Shown: positions 1 to 14,870 of the stretch, piece by piece | Layout of the letters: every line of letters begins with the position of its first letter | How positions within the stretch are numbered: the stretch's first letter is position 1 | Source: Tubulanus polymorphus | Taxonomy: Eukaryota > Animalia > Nemertea | Direction: 5' to 3' | Length of the DNA stretch: 64,000 bases | Assembly: GCF_964204645.1 (NCBI RefSeq) | Contig: NC_134026.1 | Location: forward strand, 25,578,150 to 25,642,149 | Made by a program: the position numbers and the translations under genes | The notes under the pieces: model-generated | Seen by the model: the letters and a program-made list of their open reading frames with translations, nothing else | Databases searched by the model: none | Told to the model about the DNA's origin: nothing

Positions 1-501
1 AGGTTTTTTCGCGACGACGTTTTGTGCTCGCTAAATCGCGCAGTTTTAATTGTGGAAACGACGATCACAGAGAGCGCTCTTAGTCATCCTGCGACGCGTA
101 CACGAGGAGTCCACGAAGTAATGGCCACTCCACGCCACCGCTACAATCTGTTACTTGTTACCATAGTTATCGCAGGTAGATGTCCACTTGTGCCCATCTA
201 TTACAAAAACTAATAACTTCCACTTTATTCCAAATACTACGCGCGGTAGACATCGACAAATTACAATTCTTTACTATTTCGCACAAATTCGCACGATCTC
301 TTCAATTGTGTACCTACGCTTACAAAAAAATAACTCTTTGAAAGCCCAATAAGTAGCCACTTAAACAATCTGTGCTTGAAATCTTACTTAAGCCGCTTGT
401 TTGAACTTTTTGCACTAGATTAAATCAATGTTATCAAAACTGTATTTCATTGTAATTAAATTGAACTGAACTTTGGATAAACTCTTTGAGTAAATGAACA
501 C
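1..501 (-). other. Possible 5'-UTR exon of the minus-strand gene (CDS would lie outside the window)
   Basis: Minus-strand acceptor 'tttcaatag|gtgttc' at 503-502, UTR-like composition, and two short ATG ORFs (197-141, 87-46). Weak, motif-only evidence. Confidence 0.3.
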
Positions 502-3500
502 CTATTGAAATTTCGATGTATATATGCCAACACAAAGGGCAGGACCCGGAAATGTCAAATCTGACAAAATTATACATGGTTTTAAGCTAAAATCAACCAT
601 TCGGTTTTCATAATTACGGGGTGTGCCTGGCTAATGTGGATCGCTTTACTGCATTTTTGACATTTATCCCTCTCAATGCATAATCTCTAATACGCCGCTG
701 CAACATCTATAATTTGGTTGAAAAACCATTGCAAGATTAATCAGCACAGCGATCAGCACGCAGCCAGAAGTATTAAACAATTAGTTCACCCTTAGATTAA
801 TCATTCTGACGACTATCTCAATACGTAGCTCTACTCGATTCAAAAAGCATCACCAACCGAAAGCATAATCTATATAAAATAATGGAAAGAAAGATTTTAT
901 TTGGATTTTTTTATAATGGCTATGAATAGGCCCCAGAATATTTCAAGGGGATCAAATTTCTTCTTAAAAGGGCCAGATCCATTAGATTTCTTAACGAACA
1001 ACCTAAGATATCTTTCTTCATTCATAAAAGGGTACCGTGGCCCAAAATGGTGTTCATTTGCAGCCCCTGACCCCCTTTGGAATGCCCATCCTATGGATGC
1101 TGAAACCAATGCGCCAGTAATCGCTGGGCCCCTTTTCATTTCTTAGCGGGTGCTCCGATTGGACATTTTTAGACATAATCACAGTGGTATATCTTCGCTA
1201 TTAGCAAATAGAACATGGAATTCAAACAACGTCACTCGAGGTACTAAACATTTGTGAGTGCAAAAATAAATGCGTTTTACAAAAACCCTGTATTACATTT
1301 GCAAAGATTATGATATATTCAATAACTGCGGCTGCATCTAATGAGGCCATTCAATTCTCTGTCAAGAAAATTGTGGGGGTCCACAATTGTTCATCGTGTA
1401 TTAAAAATTCGCGTATTTCACCCGTGCACTTATATTAAACTTTATTCAGTTTCACGCGACGCCCGACCGGAAATAGCCACCAGTGAACTTTGTATAGCGA
1501 TAACAGCAATATTTTGTAACAATCTAAAAGGGTTTTTCAAAAAACTGTCACGCAAACTATTGACACGGTCGGTCGTCGTATATTTACTTGTTAATGATTT
1601 CCTTGGCCCCGAAATTGCTAAATCAGTGGTCATTACATCGAATGAAAATCATCGAGTATAATTAATGCACCGGGGTTCATTCTAGCAGTCATTAAATATA
1701 CCGTACATTTTCCTCCATAGCGAAAAACTGGTGCATATTCATTCTGCAGTACAGTTAAATGTCAATATTGGCGTCGTTTGAAAACATAGAATATCAACAG
1801 AAATTGTATCCACGGCCAGTCCTCGTGAAGACTCATAATTGTATGTAAGGCCTATCAATACTGATATGGAGTTAAGGCTTTCACATAGTCTATACTTATT
1901 GGTAATCATGATTGATTTGTAGCATTCGTAAGTCTAGTAGAAAACGAGGATTTCACCTATAATTGTCACCAAAGTTAACTATATTCAAGATATTTCAATG
2001 GTTGAGACGCACTTTCTATGTTACTAGCGACTGCAGAACGAAGTCGCCATTGAAATAATCAATTCTCATTAAAGAATATACACACTATAGTAAAGCTACG
2101 ACTAATCAGCAATTTTCCGGCATCTAGAGTTCAAATAATAGTCACCAATACAGCGACGCGGTGTAAAAAATGACGCCACGATGATTAGAATTAAAACACA
2201 TTTTTGCCATGGATACAGAATGTCGCTATACCTGATGATGGCGCGAGTCATACATTAAAAACAAATATTACCAGTATAATGCGCGTTTAATCGTAAATGG
2301 TCTGAACAAATAGAGATGTTAGCAGTAGGTCATTCTCCGCCCAGCACGGCTCCATTGCCGTAATTAGGTTTTTGAAAGCCGTTTTCGTATAACTTGAAAC
2401 TTTGGTGAAAATGAAAATTCCGCGGTTACATCAGCTTCGATAAACGGTTACCGGTGACACAATGAACGTACAATAGAGACTCATCAGCGACGTTTCAAGT
2501 GTTAATAATCTGAACTTCATAACTGAATGATTGCAATTTCAACTGATCAATAAGTGTTAGAAACATTCATTATCACTCCTAAACTTATAACTCGTTAATT
2601 CGAGTCTGTTTTCAATACGAGTAATAATAATTCAGGGCGTTGGTTGTTAGCTACATCATATCGCACATGCTTCCACCTGTAAATCAGAATCTGAGTTGAG
2701 TTTTAATATAAAGAAAAATTTCACAAACACAAAATAGATCATTACAACCTCCGAATGTGTAATCAGGGAAACCTGGCATCGATCAATGTAAGCTTTCTCA
2801 GTCGAAGCCACTCTTTTCCATATTCAAGGTGTTGGTTCTTAACACCGTGAAAAATTCAAAGCCAAGCAGCAGTCACAAGTATTGTGAAAATTTTCATCAT
2901 ATACGAAGGAATGTATAAGGCTAAATTCCTGATTGTTTTAACAGAAGCAGCTGTTATTATGAACAGGATTCCAAACCCATAAGACTCTCAGAGTCCTAGT
3001 CATCTATCTAAAATGCGATATTGCATTCTTGAACTTGCAGTTCGTCGCTCGGCATTCGCGGCGGATATTTTTCTGAAACCCGGGTATAAAGTTCTCTAGC
3101 GATGCACGAGCACTTTTTAACCTGCTGACAGCTATGAAAATCACATTTGGACGAAACGAAACTGAAAGCGGAATCTGGCAATCACTAATTACATAGCAAA
3201 ACGACTGCCGCGGAAATCGAATCCAAAATCGATGCCGTAAGCATTTACGCCTCGTGCAACCGGGCCACAGGTCACCGATAAGAAGTTTTTGAAATCTCAA
3301 TGCATTAGCGAGAAAACTTCACTAATTACAAACAGCGACTAATGGAAAGTGGAGAGAAAATAAATCATTCGCGCCTAATCAGCTAAAAATACAGTCATTT
3401 CATGTTACAACCTAGACCTTTCTCATTCAAGGAAGGTGCAGGAGCCACCTTATCTCTTATTAGTTTGCATCGATAAATTCTATACCCTTCGATATTTTGA

Positions 3501-6500
3501 ACATATTGAAGTGAAATGAACCTACTCTAGTCACTATGAATGCTTAATTACTGATAAACATCGTATTGAAGAATTTCCAAAGTTTTCTCCCATGAAACCA
3601 CACCCTTAGGAAACTCAAACCTATTGAAAAATCGCCGTACACAAATACATCGTGACCAGAGAAAAAGAAAGCGCGAGAAAAGCCGTCGACGTATAAAAGG
3701 CAAAACAGTTTCAAAAAATACTAACTAGATATCGATCAACAAAAATACAAGCCACCGGTTAATGAATAGAAACGCCGTGTCTTATTAGCGTGAATGAAAT
3801 CTGTTTCACGCATTCTAAAGGCTTTCTAATATCGATGAATGTATCGATTTGAATGTAAGAAAATATCACGAAAACTATTCATAACGGCTCGTGACAATCG
3901 ATGCACGGACAGGGAAAACTAGAACAAAAGATTTGATGCGTTCGTTTACGATAGTTTCACTGTAATGTAACCGGAATCTCAAACAAATCCCGTCATCGTC
4001 GCTAATGATGTTCTGAAAGTCTTTTTTAATAACAAATCTAAAAATCAATTTGACGACTGGCGCGCTGATGAACGCAGTAACGCCGCGGTTTATATCTATC
4101 ATTCGTAAAACTGAGTCTAATTGGAAAAAGTGTCCGGCTTCGTGAAAAATGGCGAGGCACGTTTTTATTAAATCTCCTCGAATAATGCCTCGGTATATCC
4201 AGTATGGATGAATATTATCAGTTGAAATCCGAATTAGCGAAAGAACTGGCAAGGAAAATGAAAATTTTGAATGTCGCGTATCCTTTTTAGCGCGAATCTA
4301 GGCTTTTTAAAAAATCTTTTCCTATTATCAATGATATTAACGCAACATATTACTAGTCTGGTCAGACCGAAAAATTCGCTACTGGAGCTAAATGACAAAA
4401 TTAACACGTTGCGAAAAACTATCGGCTTGTATTGCATCGATTTCTTCGGCCAGCTTCAAATTACTGGCCTAATACTCACGAGAAGAAACTTAAAGCCTGC
4501 CGGCATACATGTCTTCTAATTACGGGGAAAAAATGTCATCGAATTAGTTTTTTGCAATCGTTGAAGCGCGTATTCGTAGACGACGAACTGCTCGGAGAAA
4601 ATGCTAAGTCACCTGAAAGTGGGAAGTATTCATGTCGTCACATATGAGTAATTAAAACCTCCAACTGTTATTGCACACTCTTGACAGTTTGCCTAATTAT
4701 TAGCGGCGATGAAAAAAAAATCCTCCGTATTCGACGTACGTTGAAAAAATTCCGCGTGAAAAAATCCGTTTACAGGAATCGGATTCGAAGTAGTAACATA
4801 TCACACTATTCATATCTCACGTATCCGGTGTACGGGAAAAAAAATCATATTTATCTAGCGTAGGATAGATCATTACGAAGGACGTGATTATTGTGCAATG
4901 CGCCCCTTACAGGTGATCATTATCAATAAAACGTTATAAAATTTTCGGTTAAGAAAACCCACTTCAGATGCAATACGAGTTGATGAAAACACATACAAAT
5001 AAACTTTATCATTGGATGATATCTGAATTTGAGAATTCCAGAAATTTTGTCTGATCCTGTGCCACTAGACGTTTAAGTTCAGTATAAATCAAATAAATTA
5101 TGATTGTGTCTTCATGAAATACAGTCAACGACCTTTGAAGAATGCAAGATTGCATACATTATTTATGAATGGCTGAAAAAAAAATTAATCAAGGTTATTC
5201 TCATCCTTCTAAACACATATAAATCCTACGTCAAATGTTAAATTTACATTCACTCGTTCGGTTTTTCATGGAATCAGATATTTTGATTGGTCACAGTACA
5301 AGTTCCCTCTTTCACCATCCTACTAAAACGATACTATATCAAAACGAGCGAATGACGTATGGAAAAATACCAGTAAGTTGATTCAGTATAGTTGATACGA
5401 ATGACCAGACAAAACGTTGCCACAGTCTCTGCCCTTTATAACATTGATAACTACGAAATATTTCTATCATAGATTTAATTACACTTCTATATCCATCCTG
5501 TTTGGAAAATACCCTACGTTTGAAAAATCCATGTACATCCAATTACGATGATTGAAACCTAACAGGATAATTACATAGGAAATTGCACCTAGTTAAACTA
5601 CCGGGCAACCGAACCGGGGCTTCTGTTCTGGGAATCGAATTTAAAAACTTAACACGAGCAAATAGAACCCGCAGTCAATTATTCTCAACCGGGCCTAATT
5701 TGCGCTTTTAACAATTTTCAGCTCATTATGTCAAAAAATAATGAGCGCAAATATGCACAAGAGGAACACACAGTGCGTGGTCCATATATCAATTTAGTAA
5801 ATTCATGACCCAGTCAACGGCATACAAATGTATCCAATTATAATAAACCACCGGTTTTTGCCCGTTATTTCAACTTTATTTGCCGAAGACTTAACAGAAA
5901 ATTGTAGGCCAGCGCAGTCGGTGACATTTAATCCAATATTACATAGATCAAACAGTCTGAAAATAATAGACAATAATATAACGGCAGCATTCCGATAATT
6001 TTTAACTCCACTGTTATTTACATAGAGATAAAAGATGCATTTTGAAGATGATGTTTGTTCAGTTTCTTTATTGTTAAATCGTCCATAATTGGATAATGAA
6101 CTACAATTACCCAACTGCACTTGAAATGATTAATACGTAGCATATATAGATGATAGTTCATGTCGGCTGAATGTATGAATTATGAATGTATATTTGATAT
6201 GAAAGTCTCCAGTCCAATATATATATTTTTTCTTATTTCAATGGAAAGGAACATCATGAATTGATCATGCTTTGCGATGTGCTGTGAATAGATCCTCTCT
6301 CCAACCTCTGTGTTAGGATCAAGCTTCGCGGCAGTGTCATAGCTCTTTGTACTGCGATTCGAAATGTTCACATCAGTTTGGGAAATACAGTTGCGTTGTA
6401 TCTTTTTTATCAAAGGGGTAACACTTAACGAGACCTTTAAAACTCACAAACGCGAATTCATCGCGACCATCGTTTCTTGACCAACGTCTTCTTAAGAATG

Positions 6501-9500
6501 AATGATGCTATGTCTCAAGCTTCAATAAAGCCTGCTTAAGCTGTTCTTCAAGGAACAAAAGATGACCATCTTTTTACATTAATCTCACAGATAACACTTG
6601 ATCAAAGTCAAGAAGTCTCCTGATTTCCTATGATTTGAGGTGTCGTTTTCTGCGGCATCACTTGTAAGGTGGTGAATTCTTATCGCGTTAATTATCGGCA
6701 TCCAAAATTTCAATATGGCCGACCCTATTGATGTCCATGCGGTCAATTCATCTCAGGTGCCTGTTTTATGCGTTATCTTCTATGACGGATTAGGTTCAAT
6801 CCAACATTTCGTCAGCTCCAACGACCACGATGACCATTTGCTTTAACGACGAACTGACCATCGCTTGCAAATGTTTTCACGACCAGGTTTTACAATTAGG
6901 CCATCGGAATCCCATCGCGCATTTGTCTTTGTTCGGGGGAATTGTCAGCTAGATCACCGAGAAATAAAAATGATAATATTTTCGTCCGCCAACTGAATCT
7001 GTGCACAGAATTATCGGACTGATGTTTGCAAAAATAGAAACCGGTTATGAGTATGTATAGTATGAACGCAGCTTCAAAGTATAAATTTCAACATTTCGCT
7101 TGCCTTAATAATTACTTCCACGCGAATAAAAACATCATTATTTTGAGCTGATAGAACAACAATAACTAACACTACGATTCGAAGCACTTGATTTCAGTAC
7201 AGACCGGAAGTCTTAATAACAAAAATTTGACATCATAATGGACGTGAATTTATTTGTGGTCTTTTATGGCTGTGATTAGAATTTCTTGTAGGAATAATTT
7301 TATTGCCAATCGCTCGGTATACATTTGACGACTGAAAACAAGATTTTCAATGATTTGCACGCTTACAATTATTGTTATAGCCCTCACTGTGCTGCGTCGT
7401 TTCAGATTTTCACATCCTAACTTTAATTGGAAATTCGTGTAAGCGATCCTTGGAAATATTTGAGAGGATTTCAGCTATCGAAATGAATATTTGACGCGGT
7501 GTCGCGATGATTTTCAAGAGCTGCCCGCTGTATACAAATCGAACGTTTTAATGAACTTGAAACCAGTGACGAAACACGAAATACCTTTCTGTGGCGAGAC
7601 GTTGAATAAACACTTGAAGAAAAATTCTTACTATTATATAACCGAGCGCGAAGATGATTGCAAATATAGTAACTGTTTGGAAGCCGAAAATGAACATTCA
7701 CTGCAGGAATGACGGATAGTTTGAAATTGCCAGCTTGAAATCAAAGTCTTGTTTCAAAATGTTTGAATTGCTCATTTGTCAGATTGATTAATGAATAAGT
7801 AATAACAACCACAAAAGAAAAAAATAGTCGTTAATATATTGAGTCATATCAATTGACAATATTGCCAGTGACCAGATTTAAAGAAATCCAGAAACCATCA
7901 ATCTCTGAAGTGTTACTCCGCCAGACTCTTATGGCAAAGACTCAGAACATATGGTGAACTTTTGTTTCACCATTATCAGAAACCCAAGACAAGAACCTGA
8001 AACCACTTGCAAATAAACCCCCGTATTCAAAAACCTATTCGAGCCGAGTACTCGAGCCCGAAACTATGCAAATTATCCCCAATTGATACGCCATCCGTCC
8101 ACATACACACAAAGTAAATATGACCGAGTATATCGATATAAAATTAATCCCCCGGATAAAAAACTTTCGCGTATAATAAAAGCAACGTCGAAGCAGTCGT
8201 CGCATGACAGACAGAGTTTCATTCGGGCTTTTCAATTTAATACGCCGGCGGAGTAACAAAAACCATGGTCTAGTGGCAAAAATCTGATTATGCACGGAAT
8301 CTCGTCGACTCACTCAAGTATGTAATGATATCAGTCAAATATCAAGCGCACCAACGGAAAATCCATTGAAATGAATGCAATAAGTGGATGTTGAAAATAA
8401 AGAAATATATCTGGATAACCATTCTAACAACCTGTTACTGATACGCAATTTCTCAAATTCTAGGTTAGCGTATGAGCGCGATTTGGTGGAAAAAATACCG
8501 ATATTCCGCACATATCTGAGCTTTACATGTGTCAACATAGAAATGCCTGAAATTATTTGGGACTACAAATTACTAATCGATCGAAAGGCAGTGACAAACA
8601 GCAGCTGATAGTAGGTAACTAGTTAATGGACGACTAAAATCGAACGTTTAAAGCGCGTTTATGTCAACAAACATTGAAAATAATTTTGCTCGTTTCAGCC
8701 ATAAAGCAAATGATCAAAAGCCTGAACCATCATTAAGTGACAAATGAACAATAAATCATATATATATGCGCATATCAAAATGATTCAAATTTTGCCAATT
8801 TCATCGTATGCGTATGTATGTATAAATTGGATGATTTGACGTTGTATGGCCAGTTGACAATCGATAAACCGACAACGCTAAGACCACAGGTTACCAGTCC
8901 AAGTCGCTGGTGAATCGTTACTTTCAGAAAGCTCGCCGTTTTCGCGATCGGAAATCTAATCAAATTCTAGACATCATATATAACTGTCAAGGCAACAAAT
9001 GCATAAAATACGCCGTCCTAGAACGAGACACTTTTCACTTCTCTTGTGGCTCTATCATTTTCATCTTTAACTAGAAAGCAAGATAGCGCTGTCACCATCG
9101 AAAATATAATCCACTATATCTATTGTCGCATAAATTCATACAGTCACTCTTCCTATCGATTGAACTCTTGCAAATAATAAAAAGTCAGTAACAAATTCTA
9201 TCATCATCTAAAGAATGTTGCAGCTATGTGTACGGTTAAGTTAGAAATCTGTCCCATAAAACTGATACCCCTGTAAAAGGCAGTATTATACTCAATTAGT
9301 GTCCTTGATATGTCATCATAAGTCCCTAAAATTTTGGTAATGATAACGATATGGCAACCTGTTTATGCGACAAAATATATCCCGATACCAAAAGTTTTTA
9401 AGGCACATATTCTTTACATCTTGCGGGAATATCTATTATAAGCTGTTATGGTCAACCGCTTCCGGGCATGAAGCAGTAAATCTTCCATTACACTGAAAAG

Positions 9501-9809
9501 AATGAAATAAAGCCGGCATTGGCAACGGTGCCTAATGTAATCCCGTATTTCCATCTGAAAACATCTCCCATCGGACATCTCTTATCTTAAACATAACAAT
9601 ATTTTCCACCAAAGAAATTCATATTGACATTTTCGCCGTATAAAAGAATTCCAATGCAAGGCTAGAAGGTGTACTTTGTGAGATTACTCTGCAAGGAAGA
9701 TTGATGATGGCATTCCAATTCATTTGACGTGTTCTGTGACAAAAATCAAAGCCATCAAAAATCCTATTTCAAAAATGAGTATGAAAAACCACCTACTAAC
9801 TCCTACACC

Positions 9810-9876
9810 CTCCCCCGACAGGGATTCGAACCTGATGGCATCGAGACTCGCCACGGTACAAATCCTGTCACAATTG
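9810..9876 (-). mobile_element. tRNA-derived SINE-like fragment (copy 1)
   Basis: Minus strand '...taccgtggcgagtctcgatgccatcaGGTTCGAATCCctgtcggggga' has a perfect Pol III B box and is homologous to 10023-10090. No complete cloverleaf. Confidence 0.55.
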
Positions 9877-10022
9877 CCCGAGTGCACAGTTTTGCCGCAT
9901 GGAAATCAGATTGCCCGTTGCATAATCAATGAGGCAAATTTCACAGATAAACTATAAATGGAAAAACCGGGGCTAGAATGAAAAAGATTTCAGATTGGGT
10001 AATAATGGCATCATCTATAAGC

Positions 10023-10090
10023 GAGCTATGGCAGGGTTATATACCGTGGCTGGTCTCGATGCCATCAAGTTCGAATCCCAGCGTGGGGAG
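10023..10090 (+). mobile_element. tRNA-derived SINE-like fragment (copy 2, inverted relative to copy 1)
   Basis: 'taccgtggctggtctcgatgccatcaaGTTCGAATCCcagcgtggggag': B box and clear similarity to the reverse complement of 9810-9876. Confidence 0.55.
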
Positions 10091-11161
10091 CTGCTAATGT
10101 ACTCGTCCTAGTGGACAGATTTTGCCCGATGCGGATTCTAATATAGATTATAAGCGTTCGTGTAAGAAAACTTCTGGCGTTTCGCTTGATAAAAAGTGAT
10201 TCGTCATCGAACGGTTTTCGCACAAAGCTGTAATTTGTCGCCGGTACGTTACGAATCAGCTTTAACGTCAAAAATGTATGAAAGAGCAATCCGGCGACGA
10301 GTTTCCAATATTCTATAAAGTAAATTCTAAAGAAACGTTCGACCAAAAACTGATTCAATATCTCCGCGGCGAGCAAAACTGAATATCATTCTGTTCGGCA
10401 GCATCCTTTTCAGCAAGTTGGACTTATTCCAATCGGCGGCCATTGTTCGTGGATTTCATCTCGGCAATGGACATTTTAATAATGAAGCGCAACAATCCCC
10501 CGCTATGAATCAACGATTCCAGAGGGAAAGTGAAAATAATTATCTCAGTCACACTGCTCGACAGCGGCTAGAATTTTTTGAAAAAGAGTTCATCCCGACC
10601 GCAAGGTATATATACAATGAAGTCGTGACGAAGATAAAGGTGATCTTTGGAAGCTAATGATGCAGGAACTCGTACCCCCGTTGATTTACTTATAGAATAT
10701 AATAGAACTGTCTCAGTAGTGCCACACCTCTACTGCGAGCGTGTGCTCACTGTTTGAACTCAGAAATGAAACTCTCACAACACATCACGAAGTCAACAAA
10801 TATGTTTAATTACGATACGCTTCACACCACTCGGCTCGGCGTTAATTTTATACATGGACGACGTAATTATTTTCAAATTAACTGTTGCCATTTAGACTAT
10901 GTGGGCTTGCGATGAATCGGGTTGTAATCACACGTGAATTTCAGCTCATTTGTCTAAAAGAGTCCTATGAGTATCGTGTATCTGTATTGTGTAGATAGAT
11001 CGCATAATTAAACTGGTCAGATTATATTATTCGATGCTGGCACCAATTACTCCTACGATTTTGAAGTTGAGAATATAAAGCGACATAACATATACATAGA
11101 TCATGCTACTATATTACGCATAGTTTGTAATATAGGGGTAGAAAGGATTGAATCATTGATG

Positions 11162-11604
11162 AAAACTTTGTACCGTTAGATGTTTAATGAATGGGGAATC
11201 ATGTACTGGTATATGCAAGGGAGACTGATACCAATTTGAACAAAATGGTATTTCTACATGTCAGTTTGGTATAGATATTTCAAAACTTAGACTTAGGCCA
11301 ATTTGAGTATATGTTTTACTTGAGGCCAATTGGACTTTTGAATTTTGGTTATATTCAAGGAGCCCATTAAAATTGAGTAGGGCATATGCCGACTCCCTTT
11401 GGAATTCACCTTACCCAGCCTTGCATTTTCTGCTTAGCTCTACTGAAGAATCTTTGATGATTTTCTGCTAATCGTGGATAAAAACATTGTACACGTTAGT
11501 TGTTTTTGAATGGGGAATAATGAATGCCTGGGAGGCTGACATCAATTTAAACAAAATGGCATTTCTAAATGTCATTTTGGTGTAGATAGTTCAATGCTTA
11601 GATT
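11162..11604. repeat. Diverged direct repeat of about 130 bp (11162-11294 and 11481-11604)
   Basis: Both copies read aaaac.ttgtac.cgttag.tgttt..tgaatggggaat ... gggag.ctga.a.caattt.aacaaaatgg.atttcta.atgtca.tttggt.tagata.ttcaa..cttaga. Confidence 0.75.
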
Positions 11605-14600
11605 AAACTTTCACAATATCTATGGTGGCAAAGGAGAGCTCAACATGGAGGGAGCAAATCTATTGAATATTCATTCTATTTGTTAATGAACAACATCTCT
11701 ATCTCTCATTCTCTCTCCGTCTCGCGCTCTTCTTCACAAATACTAAAATCCATGAACGTCCATTCTAGCGATGAATAATCTACTTCATTACATTACAGAT
11801 CATGTAACTTTTTAAGCTAAAGCCTTTTCGATGTGAACTGACCGAGTGGAATACTGCCTCACCAAGTGTTAATTAGCATTTTTCATGCGAGATCCGTTAC
11901 GTTAATGTCATTTCGCCGACAAATTCACGTAGTATAGTCATCGTCGCCGGGGTTGGTGAAAGTTTTCTCGAGGCCATTGTGTCAAAAATGAGATATGTAC
12001 ATCAAAAACTGGCCGTGCTCGGAATTTCTGAGAAACCGGTTCATCTGCCCGTGGTCATCTTTAGAAGAACTCGCCGCGGTCGAAGTGCAGTGGATGTCGC
12101 GATAAAATGAAATCTTTACCAGCCCCGGAGATAAGAATGTGCAAATGAGGAACTCATCTTTGTCCGGCGTTTGAATAGCCGAGTCTCGAAAAGTATCGAC
12201 GACCATTTAATAAGTTGTAGCTTACAGATGGACCGATAGACGCCTTCAGCTAGAAAATAGAGACGCGGTGAATGTTTGCATAAAAAACGTGGCTTCGCCC
12301 ACTTCGCCCGGCAGCTAAATAGTTTGTATTGGTCATCTCTGAGAACTTAATAGGAAACGACTTGAACATCACAAGAGTGCAGATTGCAAATTCTGATGGG
12401 AATCGGCGGAATCATTGATTTAAACTTCTTTCGTATACACGTATTCGGCGGATTCATCTACATTTTTATAGCCACCGTGTAGCACTTTAACGATGAAAAT
12501 CGCTTGAGCCGTTGATCGGTGGCGTGGACGTCTGTTTTTCTAAGGATTACGTTAAACAGAAAGTTGAGGTGGGACAGCGTCGTGAAAGGATAAATGCGTG
12601 ATAAGCATTCATGAGATGAATTTAAAAGTTGATGAGGGGGATGGGAACGGAAAAATGGCAGCTGGAATTGAAACTACACCCCATAGTCATGGATACTCTT
12701 ATCCTACAAATTCTCATTTTACACATGATCACAGACGATCAGTTCAATGAATACAAAATGTAAGATAAAACCCACAGATTTAGAATCTTATCATCGAAGG
12801 TCAGTTGAACGAAATACAAGCGAAGAAAACGAGCCGAGAAACGAGAAAATGTTTTCAGCTGGTCGTCCCTGGTAAAAAAATGATCAATACAGCATTCGCT
12901 GTTTTCAATTCGATAAAATCTGCAGTGTCCGGCGTCGCTGAAAATTCTCCGATTTGTTATGCAAGATTTAACATCAAACCCATCAGCTTAATAAATAGCC
13001 TGTCCCGAGCCATAGCCCAGTTGCCATGGATCTGACCAGCTTCGTATTATCCATCATACTTTGACCAGCTCTTATTGTTCACGGCATAAATAAGATTTAT
13101 GAGCGAACTTATCAAGCATAATGTGTATTTATAAACCATAAACAACATACGCCATGTGACAACCATCAAAACCGATCTCAAACTGCCTAGCAAGGTTTGA
13201 TATAGCGATTCAAAACATTTAGATATCTTAGCCATTCCGCAAATCAGCACAATAGGTTTTCTAGCCAATAAAACATCTTTTTCAAGGCACGTAGATGTAC
13301 ATAACCGACGTTCACAATCCCTAGATTTTCTTCGCACTCCGACTGAGTGAGACCTAGAAAGAAGGAAAATGGTCATCATTACAGATTCACATACATAAGG
13401 ACACAAGAGAGGTGTCAACACACATATCGATTGACACTTCACTTTTCTCAACTTTGAAATTGTGTCAGCCGTCGGCGTTCGTGAAACCCAATATCGAAAT
13501 CTCTTTAAACCTGGGAAAGACAGCATCGACGTCCAATGTTTGTGACAATTTGAAGATGTTTTCGCCTTTGTGGAGATGATGCCGTGTAGCGCAGTGTGTG
13601 CTGGCCGTTTATATATTCTATGGACATTTTGTTACCATTGAGTCACACTTCTCAATGCCTTTAAACCCAATGTCCAGATGACTTGACACTTCTATTCCAA
13701 GTCACAACAGTAAACCAATAATTACAGCTGTCAATATCTCTCCGCTCTTTGTCTGAATGGAGATTTTTATCAGCAGGTTGAGAAGTATTTATCTTTTTTT
13801 CGCTATCCGTATATATCGTTAGTTGGTCTTTTGCAATGCATTCTAATGTTCACAAATAAGAAATGTAATACCCGCGATAACAGTTATCATTCCAACTGTT
13901 CGGAAAAATGAATGCGGCAACGGCGCTGCTGAATTCTTCAAGTGGATATATGATTGATATACATAAGGCCCAAGTGGAAGCCACGATCTGATACCGAATG
14001 TGAAATCAATAAGATTAGGTCTCGCGGATTTTAAATGGCATTAAGAAATGCATTCGTCAAAGAACAACGACAGAAAATTGTATCCACGCACAAGAGCATA
14101 AAACACACGGCTACCCGTTCAAAACTGGTTTAACCAGATAGAAATTTGCCTATGATTCATTAACGTCGCGACTAGTTTTTGATAATAAGAACGTGAAAAA
14201 AGTAATGATCCGGCAGGCTAGTAGTGCGCGGACTGTAAATATTTTCAGCATTTTTCACACCCGACTGTGTAGACAGCTGACGTTCGATTTCAGAAAGAGA
14301 TGTCTCGGCGATGATGGAAAAATTAATTCACGTTCACCGAAACAAAATATATATGACACGCAAGAAATAGATTAGCATCAGCGGTTGATTGTTAGTTGGT
14401 GTGGACACCGGTCACTCTCATCCCCGACGGAGCCATTTTTCAATTAGCTCAAGTTCATGTCCAATTTGACATCACATGAACTAATTAAGACGTATGATTC
14501 TCCTCGAAAATACAAGCTAAGCTCGCTGGCGGTCAAAAAGTCCACATTTTCTGGAAGATTCTGAAGCGAAACTTAGCAGAAGTTTTAAGAGCTCAAATGA

Positions 14601-14618
14601 ACTTATCGAATAGGTTCC

Positions 14619-14870
14619 GGCGTAGCAGGCCCGTGCCCCCCCCCCCCCCCTAAAAGTGCCCTTCAAAAAGTCATTGACAAAAACAAAAACATTTTGGTCA
14701 AAATCTTTCGAAATTTGGATACAATTTTCATGTTTTCATGTTTAAATGAAAAGTGATCGATTCTCAAATGATTCATTCAGGTACCCGGACACTTCACATT
14801 CAAGATCTGTAGGAAAGTGCCCCTTTTCACGATGATAAACTGCCCTTTTTCTTAAAATAGAACTGCCTCT
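14619..14870. repeat. Poly-C (15 C, 14636-14650) with repeated AA(G/C)TGCCC motifs; possible MITE remnant
   Basis: GGCGTAGC start, C15 run, then aaagtgcccttc / aaagtgcccctttt / aactgcccttttt / aactgcctct. No matching second TIR found. Confidence 0.35.

Noticed and set aside
890-1160. GGCCC/CCCC-rich patch, possible MITE remnant
   Set aside because: No TIR pair or TSD could be delimited.
9810-10090. Functional tRNA genes
   Set aside because: A B box/T-loop is present, but no acceptor stem, D arm or anticodon arm can be folded.
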